A stretch of DNA of 63,450 bases, the filler included. It is 13 parts of 13 records of this genome, joined end to end, with 100 filler letters (N's around TTAATTAATTAA, not from the genome) between each part and the next. Parts side by side here need not be neighbours in the genome. Positions count along the whole stretch, not along the records: positions 8,006 to 15,348 come from SRR7504441_56359; positions 15,449 to 20,770 come from SRR7504441_56396; positions 20,871 to 25,513 come from SRR7504441_56398; 10 more parts are not named here. One strand, written 5' to 3'. The notes under the pieces are model-generated. The model made no database searches, had not been told where the DNA came from, and saw only the letters and a list, made by a program, of their open reading frames with translations. Shown piece after piece: positions 11,319 to 22,558 of the stretch. Numbering within the stretch: position 1 is the stretch's first letter; every line of letters begins with the position of its first letter. The position numbers were made by a program, and so were the translations under genes.

Positions 11319-12578
11319 ATGCTGGGCTCTCGCGTGCCTCAACACAGCCCGACCACGCTGCAGCGGGCCTCCGGGGACATGTACCAGATCGAGAAGTGCT
11401 ACATCGACGAGGCGCCCAAGAAGGCCAGCGAGATCCTCCGGCTGATGGAGCAGGAGGACATCGCAAAGTGCAACCGGGTGCGCCCCCAGCCCGCCCGCTC
11501 GGCCGGACCGCCGGGCCAGGGGAGGCTGAGCTCGGCGGTGGTGCTTCCGGGGTTCGAGCCTGGCTCGGCCCACTGGGGCTGGTCCCCTCTCGCATGCCAC
11601 GGCCCGGAGCCGCCCCCGGTGCGCCCGCCCGCCGGCTGAGAGCTCGAGCGGACCGGGCAGGAGGGCAACGAGATCGGGCAGCCGGAGATGCTCGGACACA
11701 CCCACTCGGAGCTCAACATACGAACCGGTGCCGGGCGAGACCGGCGGCCGGCTGACCGGGCGGCAGCGGCCAAGTCGGTAGCGCAGTGCCGGAAGTACAT
11801 CGAGCTCGGGCTGGACCTGGACGCCCGGTGCCTGGCGGCCGGCCCCGGGGCGAGCCGGGCTGGCAGGGACACGTGCCACCACGGGTACGGGGTGCTGCAC
11901 TACGCGGCTAAATGGGACCGCGTGGAGGTGAGCGGCTGGGTGCCGGGGGCTGATTGGACGCAGGTCATCCAACTGGCTCTGGCACACGGGGCCGACCCCA
12001 ACCTGATTAACTGGGACGGCGAGACCGCAGCGGTGCAAGCCCGCAAGCGGGGCAACTACGCGGTGGTGCGCGCGATCGGAGAGTTCCTCGCGGCGCCAGA
12101 GGCGGCTGCTCGCAGAGGGGCAGCGTGAGGGGGGGCAGGCGCCGGAATGGGGGATGGAATTTGCGCCGCAGCAGCCCAAGGAGAAGCCGGCCGAGCAGAC
12201 GGGCGCGGGGTGGGAGCTCGGGGTGGAGCAGGTGATGCAACTGACAGAGCGGCACGGGCTGTCGCTTAGTCAGCTCGCCACGATTCAGAGCGGATTTAAC
12301 GGTATCTCTGGCCAGGGGCGGCGGGGTGACGGCCGACAGAGTGGGACCGGAGCAACACTGGTAGCATCTCTCGAGACGATATCCGACAAGTGGTCACCAA
12401 CGCCGGGCTACAGCTAGACTCTGCTGATATTGACGCAATTGTGGGCACAGCTGATCAGAATGGCGTGATCTCTTTCTCCTGCTTCATAGAGGCGGCGGCC
12501 AGCCGGATGAAGAAGCTGCGACCAGCTGATGAGGGGCTTGACTCCGAAAAATCGAAACTTCAGCGTACGGCAACTTGA
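11319..12578 (+). CDS. Ankyrin-repeat protein with degenerate C-terminal EF-hand-like region, multi-exon
   Basis: GYGVLHYAAKWDRVEVIQLALAHGADPNLINWDGETA; DIDAIVGTADQNGVISFSCFI. Confidence 0.7.
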
Positions 12579-12888
12579 ATTGTCCTCGACGGAGTATCGA
12601 CGGAGCGTGATCCGCTGCGTGATCAGTAGTCCCGTACAATTCAGTCTTCCAAGTACCGTTGTTCTCTGATTATGTTTATTACAAGTGTATGTTACATCTT
12701 CGGTATATCTTCGATTAAGTTGTGCAGCGTACATGATATCGTTCATGAGCTGTTACGTAGTACCGGCGGGTACTGGTCTACCGGTAGATGTACATAGAGT
12801 GGTTTATGCCATGCGAGAACGGCCTAGCATCGCCCCCGTCATGACCCCATACAGGGTGCATTTATAGTTTGAACGTATCGAGCTGAGT

Positions 12889-13923
12889 CTAAGGCAGAAA
12901 GCTTCCGTGCGTGTTTTGAATGAGCCACATTTCATCAATCACAGCCGGTGGCCCAATGCTTGCATTCTGGAAAACTACGCCGTCCTTAGACTTGCCCGGC
13001 CTGGTGACACTGAGCTGCTGCCATTTCAAGTGGGTTGCATTCAACACCTCGGCCCGCCCGTAAGTAAAGTCGGGACACTTTGGGAAATAGCCTGCAACAC
13101 AAATAGCCGTCAGGTAGGCCAACGAGCAGGCCACCGCTCTCACACTTTAGCCAGGGCGTGGCAGGAATTCGGGTGCAGTTGTCGGCCGGGTCCCAGGTGG
13201 TGCATTTGCTGACTGGCGGCTGTGGCATCTCCGGATTGCCCGCACCTCCTATGGTCAGGTACACGGTTGCCCTGTCCGCCCAGTTCACTGGCAGCCGGGC
13301 AATGGGGTCGCCTCGGGGTAATGCGAGAAGTTGTAATACGCCTCGTGATTGCCTGGAGCGACCATATACGGGACAAGACTCGCCACCGGCTCGATATCGG
13401 AACAGAACTCGTCGCCCACAGCCAGGTCGTGCAAATCGTAAGCTAGGTCGCCACCATGCAGGACCAGGTCGCAGCCGCCCTGGGCCACCTCCCGGCCGAT
13501 CTCACGCATCACGCCGCCGTGCCCGCCATCATTGATGGCTGCCGACATGTCGGCCAGCGCAATGAGCCGGACCGGGCCGTGCTGGGCTGGGCTGCTGAGC
13601 TGGTGCTGGACCGACCAGCCCTCCGGGTCTGACCCCACTCGGTAGCTGCAGGGGACCCCGGGGCTGGCCGGGATCAGAGCACGGTGGATGTGGGCCAGGT
13701 AACCGGTCTCAGTCGAGTTGAACAGCGTGCTTGTGGCAGCGGCCCGCCGGGCGGGGGCCGCGCCTGCGGGGCAGCTGTACTCGACGGCTGAGCCGGGGGC
13801 GGGCTCGGAGGTGGACCAGGTCACCCGGACGGCCCCGGCGTGCTCCGCCAGGCTCAGGTGCACGTGCCGCGGCGCAGCCCAGCTGGTGCCCAGCATGGCC
13901 GCCACCACCGCCACCAGGCGCAT
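12889..13923 (-). pseudogene. Purple acid phosphatase (ACP7-like) missing its central part (pseudogene or misassembly)
   Basis: Signal peptide, PRHVHLSL, ADM, GDLAYDL, APGNHE and VYLTIGGAG present; the GHRP and GHxH metal-ligand region is absent; frame breaks at about 13288-13317. Confidence 0.7.
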
Positions 13924-14100
13924 GCCTGTTGTCGCAGTGCTGTGGCAACCTGGATCCCGACAAAAAAACAACAACTTCATTCAGAACCGGTCTAGGCGGC
14001 GGTCACACGCCGACACTCAGAATTTCAGACCTTCCTTTTATGGGAAAACCGTAAACTGATTGGCCCTCCCTGTCTCACACCCGTGGTCCCAGACCGAGAG

Positions 14101-15348
14101 ATGCAGGAGGATCCGCCGGAGGATCCGCCGGAGGAGGCGGGCAGCGAGGCCCGGCTGCTCTATCGGGAGGACACCCCGCCCGCGCGCTCCGCGTGGCCCG
14201 CGCTGGCCGGCCTGGCCGCGCTGACCCTGGGGCTGGCCGGGCTCGGACTGGGCACGCTTGGCTGGCGGTGAGCACATGCCGAGCGCGTGTGGGCACCAGC
14301 GGGGGGCAGGCAATGCCTGAAGCTGTGGCCGGCACCGCTCGCTGCCGCGCTTGGAGGGCTGCTGGGCACGACAGCCCCAGTGGGCGCCGCCGACGTGGCT
14401 GTGGCCGCCGGTTTTGGCAAGCCGTTGGCCTGGGTGGTGCAAGCGGTCGGGATCGGGCTGTGCGGTGGGCTGGCCTGGGGGTTCCAGGTCTGGTCAGCTG
14501 CCCAGGGTTGTCTGACGCTCGGCAGGCGCCGGTCCTGTGCGTCCCGAGCGCGTGGCCACCAAGACTCATGCTACTCGCCGGGCTTCCAGGCGCCCTCTCC
14601 GGGCCGGTGGTTTTGTGGTACCGCTCGCTGATCGTAGGGCGCTGAGTTGTGCGAAGGTATTGGGGATCTAGTGAGGCTGCCGGGCTGCTCGGTCGGTGGG
14701 CCGGGCTTTTGCTGGTAGTTGCTGCAGCGGCAAGCACAGCGGGTTCCCAACTGTATTGGTAAGTACTGAGCTAGGGCTGCAGCGCTAGCAAAGAGCAAGA
14801 TACATGTGGAGACCGATGTACGCGAGTGCGAGACGTCATCTGGTTGGCGGCTGGGCTTGGTTGCTCTAGTGGCCAGTCTGGGAGGGTACGTCTAGGTTAA
14901 TTTATAGGGCTTGTCGGTTCACCAGCTGGGCTGCCAGTGCGGTGGCAGCGCTCACTGGCGCGGGCCTGGAGATGGCTACATACGCTGCGCTGGTTCAAAT
15001 CACCCGGTCTGAGATTTGCTATCATGAGGGCTGAACGGTTGCAGGCTGGACCCTAGGCAGGCCCTAATAATGAGCACAGCTGCTGCTGGGCTCAACTCAT
15101 TGGTTCTGTGGGTTACGTATGCTGCCATGCCTGGGTGACCATGGCCCAAGATGAACTGAACTGGTCTGCCTCAGGCGTACCATGCCGTATGATGTTTCTG
15201 TGGCTTCACTCTGGGGGGCGGTATTTGGCTCCTCAGTTGGACCAGCGTTGAGTGCTCTTATCATAGGCCGAAGAAAGGGGCTTGTATTGACGCTAGGGCT
15301 GCTTGCGCTGATTGTAATGCGACGAATCCTCGTTGATGATCTTGTTCA
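14101..15348 (+). CDS. Polytopic membrane protein, possibly TauE/SafE (TSUP)-like; multi-exon, 3' end cut
   Basis: Gly/Ala-rich TM segments after splicing (GAGLEMATYAAL; WGAVFGSSVGPALS); family call is tentative. Confidence 0.45.
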
Positions 15349-15516
15349 NNNNNNNNNNNNNNNNNNNNNNNNNNNNNNNNNNNNNNNNNNNNTTAATTAA
15401 TTAANNNNNNNNNNNNNNNNNNNNNNNNNNNNNNNNNNNNNNNNNNNNTGTAGGCAGTTCTATATGATAAATAGATCTATTTAATTTAAATTGACCAAGC
15501 CCAATCGATCAGCAGA

Positions 15517-16246
15517 TCACCATAAGACAACCGCGCCGACAATGACTAAGGCAAAACTAAATAAGCACATTGCACAAACCGAAACCGTGAAGACCACAAA
15601 CGTGCAGTGATTGTTTTGTGCAATCATCGTGCCAGTCCAGGGGCACACGTGATCCAATCCGTAGAACGGCACCCGGCAGACCGAACAGTACCGCGAGTCC
15701 TGTGGGTGGTAGATCTGGCCCGCCGAATTGTACACCCAGCCGGTCTCTTCATCGGGCGGCTGCTCTGCGAACGGTGCGATCCCCGGGTCTCGGCACGACG
15801 TGTAGCACAGCGAGGAGAGCATCACGAAGACCCCCACGAGGTACACGATCAGCACAGCCACGTGCAGGTGCCGCAGCACAAACCAGCCCACCTGCCACCC
15901 GATCACCGCCCGAGGCGGCGGCAGCAGGCACCAGCGTCGGTACGCCCAGCACCAGCGGCATTGTGATCAGAAGCCAGAACGGCCACACCGGCCCGGCCAC
16001 GCACCCGCAGGGCAGCCGCCACATGTTGCCCCGCCGTTCGGCGCATAGGCAGCCCTCGCACGCCGGCTGGGCCCACCCGACGCAGTCCGTGATCCCGTCC
16101 TTCCGCCACGGAACGGTCCGCGGTCCCTCAGCCGGCCGCTCGGCAGGGTCGGCGACCGGGGCGGGCTGGCCAGCGTCGGGCTGAGGCCCGGCGGTCGGCT
16201 GCGGGTCGAGTTGCATTTGAGGCACAGAAATCTCGGCAGCAGACAT
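15517..16246 (-). CDS. DHHC-type palmitoyltransferase (DHVC variant), 1 intron
   Basis: VAGPVWP, SCRDPGI, YCSVCRVPFYGLDHVCPWTGTMIAQNNH. Confidence 0.85.
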
Positions 16247-16358
16247 CAAGCCAGCCGGGCCGCGTTGGGATTCGATTTTTATTTTATAATTATAGAAGTC
16301 TGCTGACTTTTTGGCGGCTGTGAGAGCTTCAGCGCAGCGCGCCTCTTCAGAAGCTCCA

Positions 16359-16922
16359 ATGCCGCCCAGAAATCCAATGCCGCTTGGGCTGCAAGTGCGT
16401 CGGTTGATGAGCGTCGCCGAGGACACTGGTCGGGCTTGGTTGCTCCCCCTGGCCGCCACGCCAGGCGTGTACGCGGCCGCTGCCACCAGCTTGGGGGTGG
16501 GGCCAAGCCAAGAGACGGGCCGCCGAGCCGGGCGGCAGGTGCTGAAGCCGAGCTCGGAGCCGCTATACCCGTCGGTGGGCCAGTTGATGCGCGCCTCGGT
16601 GGCGTGCGGGGTGCAAGCCACGATGGAGGCCCTGATCACAAGGGGACTCAACAAGGGGTTCGCCGGCCTGCAGCTCAGCCTGCGAGCCGGATCGGAGGGG
16701 GACGCCCCGCCCCCGTGTACAAGGGTCGTAGAGTCCTGCAAGGCCGGGGATCCGACGGGGGCCGTAGAGTCCTCCGAGGCCGAACCGCTGCAGGAGAAGC
16801 TTCTGAAGCTACGCCAGGTTCAGTCCCCGGCCGGGCTGGCCTTGAAGCCCCGGGATGGGCAGGAGCAGTGGCGGGTACGGCAACTAATGGGGCAGGGCTA
16901 CCATGAGTACCCCCGGATGTAA
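16359..16922 (+). CDS. Hypothetical protein
   Basis: ORF facing away from the DHHC gene, with typical in-frame tiny introns; no family recognised. Confidence 0.45.
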   Translation: MPPRNPMPLGLQVRRLMSVAEDTGRAWLLPLAATPGVYAAAATSLGVGPSQETGRRAGRQVLKPSSEPLYPSVGQLMRASVACGVQATMEALITRGLNKGFAGLQLSLRAGSEGDAPPPCTRVVESCKAGDPTGAVESSEAEPLQEKLLKLRQVQSPAGLALKPRDGQEQWRVRQLMGQGYHEYPRM

Positions 16923-17133
16923 AGTCCTTGTAAAGTAATGACTCCCTGACCGGATTGGCCCAAGCAGCGGCTACTCGTCTCGTGGTGTGAAATGGGCTAA
17001 TGGCTGGAGGGCTCACAAGGGGACGCAATTAACAACTCCCCCGTAGTGTATAATACTTTTAATTAATTCATCATTAGTGCGCAAACACGTGATAAATGTA
17101 CAACACATGATTTATAAAGTTACAACTGTAGGT

Positions 17134-20100
17134 TTAGCTCGGGGGGTTGCGAGTCCTAATGTCTAGATGTTCGAGATCCGCCAGAGAGACCGCGCGATGA
17201 TAGAGCTCCGAGTCCGAGTCACCGGCACACTCGTCCCATCCCGGCATGCTGTTCAAGCGCGAGTCAATGTTTTCGGGGTCTACGCATTGCTGATCGTAGG
17301 GCTCCGGCACTGGAATGATCATATTGATGACCAACACACCAAGAGTCATCGCACAAGAAATTATTGGTAGGAAGCTCCACGCATGAGTCTTGTGCGACAC
17401 TTCCCAACCCCATAGATCAACTCCACCAGTAACGGTATCGGCAGTGCCAATGGATCTACTAATGAGTGTCTCTAGCAGAGGTGCCAGCTTAGAATAGCAC
17501 TGGTCGTACCTACAGAGTCGCAGAGTCAGTATGATCGCCTGGGCAGCAGTGTTACCATCGATTATAGGTGACAGCAGTTCCAACAAGCACAATGAGAGCA
17601 CATGGTATAACCATGAATTTGCGGATCCGCCCATCCAACGCGGCCGATGTTCTGAGCCTTGTCAGCCAAACCAGCGGCACCTGTATCAGAAGTGTGACAC
17701 CAGTGACTACAAATGTTTCAACTCCAGCCTCATAGCAACTCTCACACATTGCAGCTTCTAGGCCCTTGTTGCAGAATGGACTGTGCTTCTTCCAATAGCC
17801 TGCGGCATCTCGCACAGCCAAAAGTTCTGGTCCAATTTCCTTGCAGCCCTTGTAGTCAAACACGCAGTCTGGAAATTGGCCGGTGGGAAGCGGTTCGTCC
17901 CAAGCATTGCGAAAGAACCAGCAGTCGCCATATCTATCGAACCACGGCGATGGACATTCCTCAGACGTTCCCTGCTCGCGGCATTCGAAAAAGAAGTCCA
18001 GCCCCCCACCAGCTGCACCATTGTTCTGATACGCTGTTGACGAGGTGCCGTCCGCTATGAAGTTTCCATCCAGGCCTAGCACCGTTAGTTGTCCCGTGGT
18101 AGAGCAGGTAATCGAGCTAAAGCCATAAGTGAAGGTGCCATCTGAGAACAAGTAAGACCCGCCGTCTGCTATGCCAATCATGCCCCATACGTTGGAGGGA
18201 TAGGTGCTGGTGCTCGGCACGAGTACAGGCGTGGCACCTTGGTAGAGCCCGTCTTCGTTGGATACGGTTACCAGATCATTCCCAGTAAAGGTGAAGACCC
18301 GTGGTGAATACCAACCGGTTGCAGCCAGGTCCCGAAGCACAGAACCACAGGTCAACCGAAATCCCATAGAGACAGCTTTACCTGTGACCTCATGAATGTA
18401 CGTCACTGGATTGCACCCATCAGTAAACGTCCCGTTGTAATCGATGTAACCGTCGGCCCCATCCCCTGTTGCCGTGCGTGGGATTGTTTGGATGGTGAAG
18501 CCCTTGCTATGACAATTTGCACGGAACGCGAACATTGCGTCAGCTTGAGCATATACAATGAAAGCTAAGTCGCCAGCTTTCCCATAATTGAGGATCAACT
18601 TGCCCACATCCGCAAACACGTTTGTGCATGCAGCGTCGGTGTAAAATGCGACGTCCCCGGATTGGATGTAGCGCGTGTCTTCGGTTATTTGGACCCCGGT
18701 GTGACTGTAGGTTAGGATCCCGAGATCAACCTGGATCTGGGACGAGTTGAATGCAACATCCCACATGTGTGCGCCATTCACATTGTAAAGTTCCAGAACC
18801 CCAGCTGTAACAAAAAATCGGGTCAATGCAGGCGCAAGAGCCAGGCGATGCCACCTGCAAGTACTGACAAAGTCGTAGCTCTCTGCGGTACCGTAAATCA
18901 GGATGAACACACCAATCAGCAAACTGAGTGCTGCGAGCCCGTTCACAGCGTAACTGAAGCGCTCACGGTGTACACTAAATGCTCGAGGTCCGGTCTTGGC
19001 GACCCAGCCGCAAATCATACGGTCAGAGACGAATCTCGCGGTATCGCCCTTCTTACCGTGCGCTCCCTGCGTGTCCTCTTCTACATTTGTGATTATTTCG
19101 TCCAACTCGTCGGGGTCGCCGAGTTTGAGCACCGTTCGGAGGAGCTTAAGCATTCTCGGATCGGACGATACACCTCGGTGGTCGCAATCGGGTAACTCAA
19201 ACGTGGAGACTCGGCACGACTCACCACTCCACGTGCTCGCGAATCTAAGAGAATGGTAAGGGACAGTGCCATCGCCCGACAAGTAAACTTTTTCGCCAGT
19301 GTCGGGCTGGAACTGAGCCACTGAGCTTGTCTCATATGCCAGCCCATCGATAGCGACTAGTCCATCCACGTCACCCTCTTGGTCCAGTTCGAACGCCGCG
19401 GTCAGACTGCCTTGCAGCCCACCGCGACAGTACACAGCCCGGTGCTTCAGGAAGAGCGCTCTTACAGTTGGCTGGTTGACCCCATATATGCAGGTCACCC
19501 TAGAGACAGGCGGCGCCGCGCTATCGTCCACAAATTTGCCGGCCGGTGCTGGTACCTTCCACGAGGCCTCTGGCTGCTGGAAGATTCCTTCGAATTGATG
19601 GAGCGCTCGGGCCCGGCCTGGACTCCAGCTATACTGGCGCCTTGGGCCAGAAAGTCGGCATCGTGATTGGTCTGTATGCTGTCCACCGTTGTGTTGCGCG
19701 AGAGGGTGATTAGCCCGCGGTAGCACTTTCGAGTCCCACTGTGATAGAGCATCGCTCGATGTTAGACAAATTCTCAGCTGGACAGCTGCGACGACTTTTG
19801 ACGAGCTGGGGTCCTTCAACTGTAGGACAACGTCTTGCTCGGCCGTGCTTTGCCCATCGTCAAATCCAAACGGGTGCGCATACTCTGCTGCCGCGAGAGT
19901 AGTGCCATGCTCAAGCAGGAAATTTGAACTTGTCTCCAGGCCGATTTTGAGCGGGATCGATCTGAGAGCATCCGTATGCGTGACAGCGAATGTGACCGAT
20001 TCAGCATACGGAGCCTTGTGGTAGAATTCGAGGCCTTGCTTGAACCAGACCTTATGATCCAGGTATCGAACCCACAGCCGCGAGTCCGCGGACAGATCTC

Positions 20101-20770
20101 TCGTGCCCGGTTCTCCGGACGGCTCAACTGCTCCAAGCATGATCTGTAGGTAGGACTGCTCGCGTATGAACAGGAAAGGCATATCCAGCCCGTCGCGCCA
20201 GTCCCCTGTGGGCTGCCCACAGCCGATCAGCCCACACTGCCATCTAGCATGCACCTGCAAATACCGGCCCACAGGTACTGAACGAAGGATAGTTAGCATT
20301 TGTGACTGACTGAACAAGGCGTCCAGAGGTGGGAAGGTGCCGTCCTGACCCAGCCAGGTTGAGTCGGGAGAGTAGGCCAGGGCCGTTGTCACCACCATCA
20401 CGGCTTGCATCAACGCCACCGCTCCCAGGAACGGGCCGCCAAGAGCCACAAATTCTTGAATATGCGTCGACATCCAGCTCTCGCCCCTCTTTGCGTGACA
20501 AAAGTGCAAAAAGTACTGCAAAGCCACCGTCACTGCGATCCTAATCCCCACCACCAGGCACCTTGGCGATCCGGCAGCCCAGACTGAACCCGACCACCAC
20601 TGCTGGCCGGTGCTGTGGGTCCGCAGCCACCATCGCCTGCCCAGCCGATCTCGCCGAGTGAAGCAGTCTGGTCATGCCTCGGTCTGCTCCATCAGATCAC
20701 TGACGAGCCGATCTCGGCTCTCCAACTGGGGCGGGGTGATCCGCCAGTCATACGAGGCCCCGATCATGCT
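17134..20770 (-). CDS. LCAT/PDAT-family acyltransferase/lipase fused to a 4-TM protein with a large extracellular loop; 5' end cut
   Basis: ASYDWR, GFSLG nucleophile elbow, LGGPFLGA, CIYGVNQPT, GDGTVPYHSL, DHRGV; a 1000-aa ORF runs on into the TM part; an intron near 17510-17555 adds the last TM exon. Confidence 0.8.
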
Positions 20771-22558
20771 NNNNNNNNNNNNNNNNNNNNNNNNNNNNNN
20801 NNNNNNNNNNNNNNTTAATTAATTAANNNNNNNNNNNNNNNNNNNNNNNNNNNNNNNNNNNNNNNNNNNNGCGTACAGGCTATGGGTATATTTATTTCAA
20901 ATCTAAAGTATACACTAACTCTAGATCTTAACTATAGTATGAACAATTGTTTCTAAGAATGATGGAAAGCACAAGCGCACAAGGCCGCCTTCGAATCGTC
21001 GGAATTCTGCCGTAGTGTATGTATCATTACGGTCTGTACCGTATCAATGCCATGAGATCAAATGTCGTTGACATGAGTAGCTAGCTATTAATGTTGGCTC
21101 TTGGCCGCTTGAGGATCCACGTCTTCCGATCCAAGCAGCACAAAGGTATATACAATTTGATGTCATCGATCATGGTTCTGGGCGTGGTGTGCTAGGGGCC
21201 TTGCGCAATGCGTCCTCTAGGGTTGGGATGTGCTCCGGGTCTCTAGTTTTTGATAGAATGCTCTGGTGTAGGCTTTCCAGCTCCTCCAGTTGCTTGCAGG
21301 CCGCGGCAGTTGGCTCCGTCCCAAGACTGGCCGCACCAGTGGACGTGCCCCCGTGGATGCGGCACAGGGTCCTTGTGCCAGCGACCAGAGGGCAGAGTCT
21401 GATAGGAGCACGGCTGTGGAGGTCAAGAGTTCTGTTCTGGTCGTCGGTTCTGAGCTGCTGCCTGTGCGCACACTCAAAATAGAGCTTGAGACGGTTCATG
21501 ATGAGCTAGAGACCATCACTCAGTTCGAGCGTAGACGGAGTGACAGTGAGCGTGCAGCTCTCAGGTTGTAGTCCGGCAGTGGTGGCTTGCAGTGACTGGT
21601 TTGCATGCAGATACTTTGGTGCCTTGTCTCCACGCAGGTCAGTTGAGCCAGTGCCGACTGTTTTACCAGTAGCTACGCCACCGAGATCCGTAGAACCGGC
21701 CAACGATCAAAGCCACACGGGCGAGGAGGGGGCACGCGTAGTTGCGGACGAGGCAATGGGGGCGACTAATCAGAGTAGCCTCGATTGTATCACTGTTCCC
21801 CTTGATGAGAATCACGACATCAGAGTCTTATCAACCGAATCCTATACACTATTTTAAAATCACTGGACCTCATATACTCTTAGCAATCTTCGGATGGATT
21901 AGTTCGATAGTCAGCCTAGGTCAATTCTCGCCGTGCAGATGACTATGTACGAACTAACGAGTACGCAATAGGTTGATTGAACAACAATCTCGCGCAATAA
22001 AGGCATCGCTACAAATCGCCTGGGTTCGCCATTTGAGGATGAACGAATGTCGGTACAGGAGAGCACTAATGGACTGCCCGCATTATTGTTCGAGCGTCTT
22101 GACAAACTACACATACCCGCGGACTATACACTATTGAACACATCAGCTCGGCGTCGGTCCCCGCAATCGCCTAGCTGTCGCGTCGAAAGCCGCGTAACCT
22201 GCCAGCCCTGTGCCCGACCATCCCGCCAGCCTTCACACCTGTGGCCAGCCCGAATGCAGCCGAGGCGCCCACCACGAACGGCAGCACCACGTACCTCCCC
22301 ACGAACGAAGAGAACACCTGCAACACAGGTGCTCGCCTGCCCGGCCCGCTCGGCGCACCTGCATTCCCTCGCGCAGCAGCTCACCGGCCGCGGCCTGATC
22401 GTCGCCCTCCGGGCTGGGCCTCCGGAACGGCTGCTCGAGCCCGCTTGCCCGGCTGCTCGGGCTGGGCGCGGGGGCAGCGGCGTTCAGCATGCCCCAGCTG
22501 ATTTGTTTTTTGAGTGCGGTTTGGATTCAATGGCCTGAGGCTGCGGTGAGTAGAGCAA

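Noticed and set aside
10490-11755. Long ORFs antisense to or overlapping real genes (also 33693-34466, 48565-49416 and many others)
   Set aside because: Expected shadow ORFs in GC-rich coding DNA; R/P/G/A-rich with no motifs
22047-22540. Small gene upstream of SLC26
   Set aside because: Several overlapping low-complexity ORFs with no consistent splice model or motif
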